DNA of 60,837 nucleotides, filler included, from Dirinaria sp. TL-2023a (taxonomy: Eukaryota): NCBI GenBank assembly GCA_051941275.1. It is 8 parts of 8 records of this genome, joined end to end, with 100 filler letters (N's around TTAATTAATTAA, not from the genome) between each part and the next. Parts side by side here need not be neighbours in the genome. Positions count along the whole stretch, not along the records: positions 45,746 to 53,242 come from JAVEBF010001304.1; positions 53,343 to 60,837 come from JAVEBF010001305.1; 6 more parts are not named here. One strand, given 5' to 3'. The notes under the pieces are model-generated. The model worked only from the letters and a program-made list of their open reading frames with translations. It had not been told where the DNA came from and searched no databases. The position numbers and the translations under genes were made by a program. This document shows positions 48,434-60,785 of this stretch, one piece after another (the stretch's first letter is position 1; each line of letters begins with the position of its first letter).

Positions 48434-49963
48434 ATGAACATTCCTCCATCTCTGGCATGGGATGCAGCCGAGCCCCTAGTACTCAAATCCATACCATCGC
48501 CAAAATATCCTTTGAGCGTGTACCACGGCCCCCCTCTGGCCATGACCGAGCACGAGCACAGAAAACGAGTGCGATGGAGATACAATGTACCAAATGGCCA
48601 TCCCGAATTAATTTGGCTTTTTAAGCCGTCCATCGAGAGCATCAAGCAAGTCGTGACTCCGTACATTCAGCTGATATTTCCTGGGGTGGTGGATGTCCGT
48701 GTGGAATTCTTTGGTGCAGGATCCTACAACCGAGCATACACTGTTACGGCCATAGGAATGGAAGCGTGGCAGACACAATCTTACATTTTTCGTGTCGCTG
48801 CACCAACCTATCCATATTACAAGATCGAGTCCGAAGTCGCCACAATGGAGCTTGTGCGACACAGCACAAGTGTGCGCGTCCCAATCGTCTACGCCTACAG
48901 TTCCAGTTGGTGCAATGCAATCGGGCATGAATGGATTTTGATGGAGAAAGTCGAAGGAAAGCGGGCCCAGGAGGTTTACGACGGCTGGGACCGGTCCACA
49001 AAAATCAAAATGGCGAAAAAAGTGGCATTTTGGACCAAGGAGCTCGCAGGGATCAAATCGGACAGAATCGGCAGTATTTATATGTATCGCATGCACTCCC
49101 AGCTTAAGTTCTATGTGGGCTGGTGTGTCGGATTCGACTTTTTCATAGAGCGAAACTTGTTTTGCCCTTCTGAACGGGGACCGTTTACGAGTCTGTCCTT
49201 CTATTACCTGGTCAGGCTTGACTTCCAGATTTCCAAAATGAGGCTACTCGGTTACCCTGCGTACACCGAAGAACCAAGACCGACAAAAAGTACAAACCAA
49301 AACGGGACGCAGTGGGACCAGCAACAGAGGGCCCGCCTCGATTCCCTTCGAGCCCACATAGCGCGGGTTTGTGCCCAGGCAGACGAGGATGATGCCGATG
49401 ACTACAGTTATAGGGCCCCGCCAGAGGAATTTCAAAAAATCATACGGGACCTCGAGCTTCACGAGAAGAATATCTTTCCTCTATGCGCGCAACTTCATCC
49501 CCAGCACTTACCGCTCTGCACTGTCCTCTCACATCATGACATCGCGCCGCGCAACGTCATGGTCAACGAAAACGACGAATGTGTGGCGCTTCTCGATTGG
49601 GAATATACCATGCTTCGACCGGCCTTCTTCGGACCCTACTTTCCCCAGTACATGAAGGCCTCCGTCCAGCCAGCAAGGCCTGAAACATTCAGCTACGGTA
49701 GGTATTTGCATGACGATAACTATTTCGAGCGCCACGCCGTGAAAGCGGACCAGGATGAAAAGGAGTTCCTGAGACCCATCTACAAGCAGGAGTTGGGGCG
49801 GATCGCGCCCGAATTGGCGGCTCAGTTCTGGTCCAGCAGCTGGCACTGGTATCGCGAACTCCACTATCGCGCGGAGTCAACGTATGTCTATCGCGGTGCG
49901 AGACCGGCTTTTGTAGATGATCCTGTTTGGCGCCGAAGGTTGGCGGACCCGCTCGGCGAGTGA
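48434..49963 (+). CDS. Aminoglycoside-phosphotransferase/protein-kinase-like (APH) family protein, single exon
   Basis: Gly loop FFGAGSYNRAY; FRVAAP..PYYKIESEVATM; VPIVYAY; EWILMEKVEG; Brenner motif HHDIAPRNVMV; LLDWE. Confidence 0.88.
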   Translation: MNIPPSLAWDAAEPLVLKSIPSPKYPLSVYHGPPLAMTEHEHRKRVRWRYNVPNGHPELIWLFKPSIESIKQVVTPYIQLIFPGVVDVRVEFFGAGSYNRAYTVTAIGMEAWQTQSYIFRVAAPTYPYYKIESEVATMELVRHSTSVRVPIVYAYSSSWCNAIGHEWILMEKVEGKRAQEVYDGWDRSTKIKMAKKVAFWTKELAGIKSDRIGSIYMYRMHSQLKFYVGWCVGFDFFIERNLFCPSERGPFTSLSFYYLVRLDFQISKMRLLGYPAYTEEPRPTKSTNQNGTQWDQQQRARLDSLRAHIARVCAQADEDDADDYSYRAPPEEFQKIIRDLELHEKNIFPLCAQLHPQHLPLCTVLSHHDIAPRNVMVNENDECVALLDWEYTMLRPAFFGPYFPQYMKASVQPARPETFSYGRYLHDDNYFERHAVKADQDEKEFLRPIYKQELGRIAPELAAQFWSSSWHWYRELHYRAESTYVYRGARPAFVDDPVWRRRLADPLGE

Positions 49964-51042
49964 GGCCGCGGGAGAAAAAAATGGACAATCACCGAGACTT
50001 ATGGGAGGGGAGGAAAGTACTAGATTAGATGGCGCTGGATATCCCGGGTTTTAAGACGGGGGTTGTAGAGCTTGGAGTGGTAGACATATTGCCTGAGTTC
50101 CCTTACACAGGAAATAAATCGATCAGTACCTTAATCACTTTTCGCGAAGTCGATCAACGGATTACTGATTCGCACATTCGATGATGGCTCTTCCTTTGTG
50201 AACATTGGCTCATTTTCGTCATTTCATTTATAAGGTTTTTTTTGTTTTTGTGGGAATGCGAGAGGGAAGTACACCCAAACTTATAAACCTCGCACTTTTG
50301 CTACCAATCACCAAGGAAAACCTGTTAAATGATGAGAACTTCGAATTTCTATAGAGAAAACCGTATTGCAAAAACCTATGATTATCCAAAGATAACAAGA
50401 GATGAATGGGATACGTGCTGAGCACCATTTTCACATAAACAAAATCTGATCAAAATTTTGGATTAGTTAGTTCTACGACTTAAAAAAGATTATACAGTTT
50501 GAGTCTTGGAGTGGCTATGATATATAGATCTCAATGGCTTTCTATATTGGGCTTGGTGATTTAATTGGACTCGCATATCGTCTTATTTTATCATTGGGTA
50601 CTTCTTTGGAAGGTTGTTGGTGTTTGACATGGCAATCTTAAGGTATACAGTGCGGAGGTCTATGCCCCGATTGGGCCTAGCGCCCGCTCTGCTGGGTATG
50701 TATGTCCCTATGCCGCTCACTTTCCAACATTCCAAGATATCGAAAAAGTTTTTGTGTCGAATATGAATAAGTTGAGTTTTGATGTAATTCTAGAGCTTCG
50801 CGGAGAAGCACTTTGATGCGGATGTATTATTTTGTCGGCTACGGCTCGGTCCGTGAGTCGTAGTCGAACTAAATGCATTTCTTTACGATGGAATCGATCA
50901 AGTTGCTGAGTCATGGTTGCAGTGCAGAGATAAGGTCAGGCCCCATGATCTCCACCGGAGAGGCCGCGAAGGTCTGCATCATATCATGTGGAATCCCTTC
51001 ATGGTCTATTAATTAGCTCATTTCGAGTTTGACAGAGCTGCC

Positions 51043-52846
51043 ATGATGGAGAGCGCTAATCTAATACTCTGCTACCTTCGTAGCCACTGGCTGGTGTCAG
51101 GTCTGCTACTTATCTTCCTCTATGTGAGCGACTATCCAATTAGGAGCAAGATTCTTTGCTGATTCGGATGCATTGTCTAGTTCTTCAGTTCAGCCATTTA
51201 TAATCTATATTTTAGCCCCTTGTCCAAGATCCCTGGCCCCTTTCTGGCTAAAATCTCCTTGCTTCCATCCTGGTATCACGCGTGTGCCGGCGACCGCCAT
51301 CTTTGGATAACGCGCTGCCATCAAATCTACGGTCTGTCTTAGAATGGCGTTCTCATCCCATTCGATTCATGCTCAGCTCAAGCAGGCGATACGTTTCGTT
51401 GTGAACCCAATAGTGTGGTGTTCAATTCACCCACGGCCTATAATGCAATCTATAACAGCCGAGCGAACGTTAAAAAGAGCATATTCTACGAAGCCTGGAG
51501 CCGAAACGAACGAGAGATTAACACATTTGTTGCAGTCGACAGGGCTGTCCATGACAAAAAAAGGAGGGTCTCAGCCCTGGCTTTCTCCGACCGGTCGATC
51601 CAGGCAGCGGAAGAATTTATCATCGAGCACGTCGACCGATGGTGTGACATGATGCTTGATGGCGATAACGAGGGTTGGTCGGCCCCACGAAACATGGCAC
51701 ATTGGTGCGATTATCTTACCTTCGACATCCTGGGGGACCTTTGCTTTGGAAGATCATTCGAAAGCACACGACCCGAAGGTAAACAAGCTCGGGAGCTACT
51801 ACACACCATTAACAAGTATATGGCCTATATGTGGCCGGTAAGGAGAGCCCAAGAGACTTGGCACGGATGTTAACAATGTCCAGATTGCCAAATCTCCCTT
51901 TGTTGGCCTGTGGGTTTGGCTGAAACCACGCGGACTCGATACCATGCTGGAATGGATCTCGCCCCCAGAGATCAAACGTTACTACCACTTAGTCGAGGAG
52001 AGTGTTTCAAATCGGACCGCTCTAGAAGAGAAGCTTCAGAACGAATCCACTGACGAGAGCCATATGCGCAAAGATATATTTCACTATCTATTTCAATCCA
52101 AAGACCCAGACACCGGGAAGCCGTCCTACTCATTAGATGAGCTCCATGCCGAAGCTCATATGTTTATTGTTGCCGGTTCTGACACCACCGCGGCGGTCCT
52201 GAGTGCACTGTTCTTCTACCTAATGCACTATCCAGAGGCCTATTCCAAAGTGACAGCGGAACTACGCACAAACTTCCACTCTGCAGACGATATCCGAGGG
52301 AGCACCTCTTTGAATTCATGCGATTACCTTCGCGCGTGCTTGAATGAGGCAATGCGCATGTTCCCTCCTGGCGCGAGCGAATTGCCGCGTGTAGTTCTTC
52401 CTGGCGGTTGCGCAGTCGACGGATTCATCTACCCTGAAGGCACCGCTCTCGGCATCTCCAGCTGGGCTCTCAATTACAACGAAAGGTATTTCCCAGACAG
52501 TCACAAGTACCGCCCGGAGCGTTGGACCGTGAACGGAAACGGAAAGGATGGATTCACGGCCGACCAGGTCGCATCGGCCCAGTCGGCATTCTTCCCTTTC
52601 TCACAAGGTCCCTATGCTTGCCTGGGAAAGAATCTGGCCTGGCGAGAGCTCACCATCGCGGCGGGAAGATTGCTGCATCGCATGAACATGAGGTTACCGC
52701 CCGGCATTGATGTGGGCGGAGGATCACCGGGGTTGGGCTGGGGAAGAGAAGACAAGAATCAATACCTCCTCCGCGACGCTTATATTGCTATAAGGGATGG
52801 GCCATTGTTACAATTCAAGCCTGCGGGCGGTAATAATAAATGCTAG
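51043..52846 (+). CDS. Cytochrome P450 (CYP53-clan-like), 4 exons
   Basis: N-terminal TM anchor, PLSKIPGPFLAKIS, I-helix AGSDTT, ExxR (EAMR), PERW, heme motif FSQGPYACLG. Introns at ~51124, ~51332 and ~51838. Confidence 0.93.
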
Positions 52847-53114
52847 AGGCAGCGGCATCCGCCGCAAGAATCGTGATAGTAGGAGGGGAAGTCTCAGATT
52901 TTCAGCATGCAGTAGAAATGATTCACGATTTTGAGCCCTCAGAACTGATTTCTCCTTATGATCTCGTGCTTGAAGTGTCTACCCTGCCATGTAAGACGTG
53001 AGACACTTGAGATTTGTATTTAGGGTAAGAGTGAACTTAGGGTTACATCACGCTCAGAATTCACGACTTTCATCCGACACCTACTACGGGCGACCAAACC
53101 TATTTTGCGGCAAA

Positions 53115-53174
53115 AAATCAAAACTCAAAATTCAAAATCCAAAATCCAAAATCCAAAACTGAAAATTGAAAATC
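53115..53174. repeat. Degenerate 7-mer tandem repeat (CAAAATC-like, ~8 copies)
   Basis: aatcaaaactcaaaattcaaaatccaaaatccaaaatccaaaactgaaaattgaaaatc. Confidence 0.8.
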
Positions 53175-53242
53175 TCATTTCACTTTTACAATTTTTGTTG
53201 CACACAATCACAACATGATGTGTCATAATGCTTGTCATACTG

Positions 53243-53342
53243 NNNNNNNNNNNNNNNNNNNNNNNNNNNNNNNNNNNNNNNNNNNNTTAATTAATTAANN
53301 NNNNNNNNNNNNNNNNNNNNNNNNNNNNNNNNNNNNNNNNNN
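53243..53342. other. Artificial contig spacer
   Basis: N44-TTAATTAATTAA-N44. Confidence 0.98.
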
Positions 53343-53748
53343 CAACGCCAACGCCCCGATCCAGCACAACCTCAACTTCCTCCTCAACCTGCCCGCCTTC
53401 CTGCACACCACCTCCGGGGCTTTGCTCTTCCCCGCCGTCTGCGCCGTCGCGGGCGAACTCCTGCACGCCATCCTCCCTTCCCGCTTGACCACGCTGCCGA
53501 CCTACCGCTTCTCGAAGCGCGCGGGCCCTCCAACGGGGCTGTTGCAGACGCGCTGGGGCCGCAGCTTGGTCGGTGGGCTGCTTTTTGTGGTTGCCAAGGA
53601 TTGTTGGGGTCTGTGGACGATGTGGGTGAGGAAGGAGGATCACAAGAGGCGGAAAGTGCTTGATTATGGGAGGGGCGGGGCGGAGGCGAGGGAGGAGGAT
53701 CGACCGTGGTGGAGGAAGAATTTGCCGGAGTTGGTGGGGTGGAGGTGA
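53343..53748 (+). CDS. 3' fragment of a MARCH5-like (RING-CH) membrane E3 ligase
   Basis: GALLFPAV..VAGELL...GLLQTRWGRSLVGGLLFVVAKD....W....HKRRKVLDY matches the recalled MARCH5/MITOL C-terminal pattern. The RING domain lies outside this contig. Confidence 0.7.
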
Positions 53749-54354
53749 GGTGTGATGGGAAGATATGGGAAGGGAGTGAAAGTCGGCGAGGGGAGGCGTG
53801 TTGGCGTTTACGGTTCCATCATATTAAGGTCGTGGTAGCACAGCGATCGCAGCTCGACCCCATTATTACTACTACGAGCAGTTGCTTGCAGCCGGATGTA
53901 AGAATAGATCGAATCCCCTTCTGCAATACAATTCAAACCCAAATCCACATTATTATCCTCGGAACAAAAAACTTTTGTGATTAGGTGCTGCCAGCGTATA
54001 AATAAGGTATGTATGTTCGCGCAGATAACCGGATGGAAAACCATGAAATCCAATAATAAGGATCAGACAAATGCCTCCCAAGATATCATGTTCATCCATC
54101 CCCACAACTCACGCCTTTCCCGTAGAAGGATTAAAAAATAAATGCAAAAGCCAGCGCTACCACAACACCCACCATCGCACGCTAAAAATGCCGCTGTTAA
54201 ACTGAAAGTTTTCAGATGATAAGAAATGGAGGCAAAGAGACTTGCGAAGAAGGCATATGAACAAGCAGGGAAGCAGGTCCTCCTGCAACGGAAAGATGCG
54301 TATTGACATGAAAGGAAGCAGGTGCTGCGAAGAAAAACTCGTGAAACTTTTGGT

Positions 54355-56722
54355 TTAATGCCCAGACCGCTTTTTCATCAAGGCTCGCCTTTCTTTTTGT
54401 TTGGCTGTGATAGGAATTTGGTCAGCACTGATTTTTTTTTTTTTTTTTTTTGGTGGAGGAAATAGAGAGGGGAGAAAGGGGATACATACCCTCATCGTAA
54501 AGCAGAAACTCATGCAATGCTTTTCCTCCCGGAACCATCGGCAGCACAGGGACCTTCTTATCCGTCACGACCTCTAGCAGCGCAGGGCCTTCGGTCTGGA
54601 GCAACCACTCTAAGCAGCCGTCGACGTCCTTGGGCGCCACAGCCCGCTGTGCCTGGATGCCCATCGCGTCGGCCAACTTGACGAAATCCGGGTTCCGCTG
54701 GTGCGTATGCGCGAACCGGTCTTCGTAGAAGAGGCTCTGCCATTGCGTCACCATGCCTTGCTCTTCGTTGTTCAGCACGATGACCTTGACGCCGATATTG
54801 AACTGCGCCGCGGTGCTGAGCTCGGTCAACGTCATGTTGAACGAGGCGTCCCCGTCAATATCTACCACGATCGCGTCGGGGCGGGCGACTTTGGCGCCGA
54901 TGGCTGCAGGCAGACCGTATCCCATCGTGCCCAGTCCACCGGAGGTAATCATGGTGCGTGGATGCCGCCAGCGGAAATGCTGGGCAGCCCACATTTGGTG
55001 CTGGCCGACGCCGGTCGTGATGATTGTTTTTTCTTTCCTGTCGGCCGTGAGGTTGGACAGTTTCTCAATCACGGTCTGTGGCTTGATCAGGCCGTCGGGA
55101 GTTTCTTTCTCATAATCGAAGGGGAAGCGCGTTTTCCAGTGCTTGATCTGATCGAACCACTCCGGACGCGAGGGTGTAGCTTTGACAAGAGGGAGAAGCA
55201 GGGATAAGTTTGTCGCTACGTCACCTTCGACGGCTTCCGTCGCTTGCACCACCTTGTTGATGTTTTTCGGCAAGATCTCGAAGTGCACAATACCGCCTCG
55301 ATTCTCGGCCGCAGCAGCCCTGGCCGCCGGAGCGAACTTGGCGACACTGCCTGTTACACGGTCATCAAACCGAGCGCCGGCGGCGATGATCAGGTCGGCT
55401 TCTTGCATGGCCATGTTCGCATAAGGTGAGCCGTGCATACCAAGCATGTGAAGTGATTTGTTGTCGAGCTCGTCAAAGCCACCTAGGCCTTGAAGGGTGG
55501 TCGTTACAGGGATCTGTGCCTTTTCGGCAAGTGCTTTCAGTATTTCCGGTCCTTCAGGTCGAGCGATAAGACCTTGGCCAGCGTAAATGACGGGCTTTTT
55601 TGCGATGTTTACGAGATCTGCTACGCGCTTGATCGCTCCTTCGAGCTGCTTCTGGCTCAAGTGTCGAGCGGCTATCGTTGCAGCGCTTGGGTGTGTAGGT
55701 AATGTACTCGCAGTAGGTATCGGTGTGCGTAAAATGCCCGCCTGTACATCCTTCGGTAGGTCGACCAACACAGGTCCGGGGCGACCGCTCTGAGCGATCT
55801 CGAAGGCTTCTTTTATCCTCTTCGGCATCTCTGCAACATTTTTGACCATGACGTTCCACTTCGTGCATGCCCTCGTTATGCCTACAACGTCCGCCTCCTG
55901 AAATGCGTCCGAGCCAATCGCGCTGGTCACTACCTGTCCTGAGAAAACGACCAAAGCCGTGCCGTCCGAGAGAGCGTCTTGCATTGCTGTGACGACATTC
56001 GTAGCCCCAGGACCAGATGTGACGAGCACCACGCCTGGCTTGCCTGAAACTCGAGCGTAGCCCTCGGCCATGTGGCCTGCCCCTTGCTCATGTCTGGGAA
56101 GGATGAAGTCGAAATGCTTGGAATTAAAGATAGCGTCGAATACGGGGAGAATGGCACCGCCAGGGTAGCCGACTGCAGGTGATCCGTTACTCGCTGCTGT
56201 AGACAATTGACTGAAGGTGATGCCATACAAACATGTTTTACGCCCTGCCTCAGCATCATCTCATGGAAAATCTCGCCTCCACTGAGCCCGACAAATCTAT
56301 TGACCGCTCATCAGTCATGTGTTACCAATTGCATTTGGCTTCTGGGCGAGAAGTCGATTCACGTACGAGTCGTCCATCTCGGGTTGCTGCACATCTTGCA
56401 ATGGGTGGACTTCGTTCCGCCAGGAATCTTGATTGAAGGCTGGAGAAGGGACGGGCCGCACTTGGCTGTGAACAGGGCAATTAGCCAAAAGATAATTGAT
56501 TGCTTGTTGCAGATGATGGTCTTACGGTGCTGGCGCGGCAGCAGTGCTTTGCCCTCTTTTGGTGACATCGTTCTGAGCGGCATTGGCAGAGGTGGATTTC
56601 CGGTGGGGGGAAATGGCTGCCACTGGAGGGGAGGAGGAAAATTTTTGAGACTGGGCGAAGGTAGGAGATTGGCGCCATTTTAAGGCGCACAATGTATTTC
56701 TGGCAGGCTGTGATCGCAGCAT
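54355..56722 (-). CDS. ILV2: Acetolactate synthase catalytic subunit, mitochondrial, 5 exons
   Basis: Presequence MLRSQPARNTL...; GYPGGAILPVFD, RHEQGAGHMAEGYAR, TSGPGATN, GVGQHQMWAAQ, SGGLGTMG, ThDP motif GDASF...LNN; last exon KQKERRALMKKRSGH*. Confidence 0.97.
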
Positions 56723-57598
56723 TGTTGAAGGAGTTGCGAGAAGGTTTGAAGGAGAGAAAATGAGTCAACCTTCGCTTGAAGTGGGAGGATCCAGGGTCGG
56801 GGTAGAGATTGAATGCAGCAACAAGGTTTTTAACGTATGACGAGGGGTCCATGTACTAAAGTAGGTCGTGAAGTACTGTAAGGTAAGGTAGTACCTTAGT
56901 ACTGCATTAAATGCGATGTTCAAGTCCGAGCCAGTGCGACGAGTCGAGACGCTGCAAAAGTGCAAAGGCCAAAGTGCGATATCGGCTTCAACCATCGGCT
57001 AGCATCGACCAGGTTTAGCGGATTGTGGGGGATTCCGCAGGACGGCAGGACCGCAGGTCGGTTGTACTTCGGACTTTTGGTATGGTATCAAATCAAAAGA
57101 TAAAGTACCTAGACGAGGTCAGCCAAACTTGAGTTTGATTTTATCGATCCTTCTCAGCCTGCAGTAGTGCATCATAGTCTAAGACGTCCCTATCCACTAG
57201 TAGGTATGATTATGTATTGTTCATATGCCTCTATGCTACAGTAGTTTCTTCAAAGCATCGATCGCATGACGCACGTACCTTAATCTTACATCGAGCTTGA
57301 TTTGTTCTTCCTCCACTCTTCTTATGACGTCCTGCCCTTGCTGACTAAGCCATCTCGAACGAGCCGTTCACATGCTCTAAAGTATCGATATGGATCTTCA
57401 ACACATACTCGTACGCATTGGTTCTCTAAAGGTAAGTCTTACCTTACCTTACTTGGATTATTTCGAAGTGAAACTTGTAGTATTCTCCTTGATTTTCGAA
57501 ACGATTTTTCAATCACGTACTTCAATATTTTCGTATCCATCAAGGCCATTTTCTGCACGTCTAATCTTCTTACCCATTTACTCCCTCGTCTCTCTACC

Positions 57599-59197
57599 AT
57601 GGCAAAGAGTACCATGGATCAGCCGGTTCCAGTCTTGAACAGCCTTGACAAGCTCTATCCACCAGAAGCGCTCAAAGCACAGACGCAACGCTGGGATCAT
57701 CTCTACAAGCGCTTCGCCGCGCTGTACGGGGGCGAGAAACCTCATTTTGTTGCTCGAAGTCCGGGGCGGGTCAGCATCATCGGAGAGCACATTGATTACT
57801 CACTATATGAAGTCCTACCGATGGCCATTGCAGCCGACATACTCATTGCAGTATCGGCTTCACCAGATCATCACGCTGAAGGAGAACCGAAGAAGACCAT
57901 TGCGAATGTGGACAACTCGAAATACCAGTCGAAGGAGTTCATCGTCTCCAAGGACGGAGACGTCGAGATTGACCCCTCGGCACATGAGTGGAGCAATTAT
58001 TTCAAGGCCGGCATCAAAGGTGCTTATGGCTTGCTGAGAGAGAAGCGGCCGGATCAGCAACCCGTGGGCATGAAAGTTTTGGTCGATGGAACAGTCCCAG
58101 CAGGTGGCGGTCTGTCGAGCAGCGCAGCTTTTGTCTGCGCCAGCGCCCTCGCTGTTCTGCGTGCAAATGGTGTAGTCGAAGTTTCCAAGAAAGACCTAGT
58201 TGAGCTCGCCATTGTCTCCGAACGATCTGTAGGTGTCAACTCCGGAGGAATGGACCAGTCTGCCTCGGTCTTCTCGGTTCGTGGCGACGCCCTTAGTGTG
58301 ACGTTCTTCCCGGAACTACACGCCGAGGCTATTGCCTTCCCAGAGCTGGACCCCCCTATCACGTTCATGATAGCCCAGAGTTTCGTAACATCCGACAAAC
58401 AGGTCACTGCGCCGGAGTGCTACAACAAGCGCGTCGTTGAATGCACACTCGCTGCTGAAATCATTGCTCATGACCTGAAACTTGAGCTCTCCGACGACTC
58501 TGCTCCTTTGTCTCGGAGTCTGCGCGGCCTTGAAGAAGCCTACTTCAGTTCTGAATACGCAGACGACCAGTCTCCAGATCCGAGAGAGAAGTTAAGGACG
58601 ATGCTCGAATTGATAGACAGGCACCTGGCGCGAAGATCAGGGTATACTCGGCGTGAGATCGCATCGAGCTTGTCCATCTCAAACGGTGAACTTGACGAAC
58701 GTTACTGCACCAAGTTTCCGGTTCGGGGCACGCATTTTTACCTCTATCAACGTGCCACCCACGTCGTGACTGAAGCTCTCCGTGTCCACGACTTCAAAGC
58801 ATTACTCAAGGCCCGACCCCCACCCCCGGATCTCTTACCTCGTCTAGGTACGTTGATGAACGAGACTCAGACTTCGTGCAGAGAGATGTACGACTGCAGC
58901 CGTCCAGAGCTTGATCAATTGTGTGACATTGCACGCCAGGCAGGGGCTTATGGAAGCCGATTAACTGGTGCCGGCTGGGGCGGATGCACTGTGCATCTGG
59001 TGCCGAAGGACAAAGTGGAGGAGGTCCGAAATGCCTGGGTCGAGAAATATTACAGAGCCCGAGAGCCAGGCATCAGCGACGAAAAGTTGGAAGAAGCCAT
59101 CGTGGTCAGTGAGCCGGGACAGGGTAGTGTAATGTAAGATGTCGGGCTTTTTAACAGACATTCGAACATATGCTGACGATTTAGTGTTGAGATGTAA
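57599..59197 (+). CDS. GAL1: Galactokinase (GHMP kinase), 2 exons
   Basis: SPGRVSIIGEHIDY, WSNYF, VPAGGGLSSSAA, GVNSGGMDQ, GSRLTGAGWGG. Short last intron (59133-59184) gives ...GSVIVEM*. Confidence 0.95.
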
Positions 59198-60455
59198 TTT
59201 CCAAATTTGATCAGCAGGCTGATATCCCAAAAAGTACGTCTGTCCCAAATTTGTCTACCTTGAAGATTCCGGGGAATCGTATCACGGCATGCCTCCTGAG
59301 CTGGGATCAACTTCATCAAACAAGCAGAGTCCGATCTAAATGACCATGCACATTCACCTACCGGCCCCCAAAGTGCGGGAAAAATATCAGCAACAACGTG
59401 CTGAAGACTTCTATCCCAGTAGAATGAAACATGTAGGATCTACATGTAGCTAGACAGTGCAGTCAGGCGCCAAGACTCGCCACATACGAGTACAGCCAGC
59501 CTCCTTTGTAAGTAAGGAGTCGGATTATAAGGTATACCGGGTCACAAGGAATGAGGCCCGTCGAAATCCTGATACCTCGTGATGATAGTATACCGACGAG
59601 ATGACGATGGACCATTCTACTAACTAAAAACTATCGTCAATCTGGAAAACGTTATAGCGGTTTCAATTCAAAGTAAGAGCATCGAAGCAGCAATCACAAC
59701 CATGAATCAATACGCCGCGAGGTCAGCTTAGTTAAGCCTCAAATACATCACATTCGCTATGATCAGACACGTCGTTCTATAAGGAGCAATTGGCTTGGGA
59801 GCTCTGACTCCTTATAGCGAAAGTCTACTGTAATGGCAGCCCAGTGTCGGCAAAAGCTGTTAGCAAATCTTGAGATATGGGGATTTCAATCTTGGACTTT
59901 TCCGAATACTCGAAGCGGGATCTGCACTTTGCCCGTCCCTACAAATCCATGTGGATTTCGAAAAATTGTGAGCTGCAGTCGTCGCTCAACATGATTTAAG
60001 AGCAAACGGCGTTCCAGACGAAACTAGCCCGCGACTGCGAAGAGTTGCGCCTTCTCAGATCATGCTCTGACTCTCTGGACCCAGGTATGCAACGTTCTCA
60101 TTAGTTATGTATGGTAAGGTTGGGTCGCTCCTTCTGTATACGCAATTATAGCAGCGGCATGTCAAGCGCAGGGCTGGGTAGGATCCATCTAAGTACTTTT
60201 GTAATCTCCCTTTACCATTGCCGAACATTCTCTATCTCTTAACACCTGCTGTCCCCATTACAGCAGGTCGTCCAGCTTTTTATCCCATAGTACTATTCTT
60301 CATTCGCTACCAAAAAGAACCTCTTCTAAAAAGCCGTCATTTACTTTCTCTCCACCACTATCCCCAAACCACGACCTCCTCTCATCCACTCCAACTTAAC
60401 CCTCTATCCACCAACCACCGCCTCATCCAACCCTCCCTCAGAAAACAACCCGACC

Positions 60456-60785
60456 ATGCTTTCTAATAACCACCACCTCATACTCCCCCGCAGCTGGACA
60501 GAATGCGACGACAACGATTGCCATCACTACATCGGCCTCATCTTCATCATATTCGGCGCCACCGTCATCTTACTCGCGTTCATGTTCGCCTTCATCCGCC
60601 ACAAACGCCGCAAGACCCGTATCGCTAGAACCAAGGCCCTGAAACCAGTCGAGCTGCAGGATCATGAGCCACATTTCCAACCGCCAACAGAGCCGGCACC
60701 GGCTTACTGGAATAATGGTGGTGCGGGAGCGGGGCCTGCGGCGGTGGCGCCAGAGATTAACAAGGGCGGGAGGCAGGATGTGTGA
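60456..60785 (+). CDS. Small single-pass membrane protein (109 aa)
   Basis: GACCATG start; Cys pair (CDDNDC); one TM helix IGLIFIIFGATVILLAFMFAFI; basic stop-transfer RHKRRK; Pro-rich tail with PAPAY. Confidence 0.65.
   Translation: MLSNNHHLILPRSWTECDDNDCHHYIGLIFIIFGATVILLAFMFAFIRHKRRKTRIARTKALKPVELQDHEPHFQPPTEPAPAYWNNGGAGAGPAAVAPEINKGGRQDV

Noticed and set aside
50325..50425. ATGATGA...CTGA spacing (~90 nt) resembling a box C/D snoRNA
   Set aside because: There is no convincing terminal stem or recognisable rRNA antisense element, and such boxes arise by chance in AT-rich DNA. An Infernal or snoscan search would be needed.
52595..52630. P450 heme motif has Tyr in place of the usual Arg (FSQGPYACLG)
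   Set aside because: This variant is common in fungal P450s, and the Cys ligand, ExxR and PERW motifs are intact.
7547..53342. Regularly spaced TTAATTAATTAA palindromes (~7.6-kb period) resembling a repeat array
   Set aside because: They are synthetic six-frame-stop linkers embedded in N runs.
55915..55945. ILV2 reads GQVVTSAIG, with Val at the position of yeast Pro192, a sulfonylurea-resistance site
   Set aside because: As I recall, Val here is the wild-type state in several filamentous ascomycetes, and the VTQWQ Trp is intact. This is not evidence of a resistance or self-protection allele, and no biosynthetic cluster is adjacent.
57302..57598. ORF track extends galactokinase by 99 aa at the N-terminus
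   Set aside because: The extension starts at a non-ATG codon, is pyrimidine-rich promoter/UTR-like sequence and has no GHMP similarity. ATG 57599 has good context.
56723..57598. GAL1 divergent from ILV2 as a possible GAL cluster or Gal4-regulated promoter
   Set aside because: No GAL7/GAL10 is on the contig and I saw no CGG-N11-CCG site. An unclustered galactokinase is normal in Pezizomycotina.
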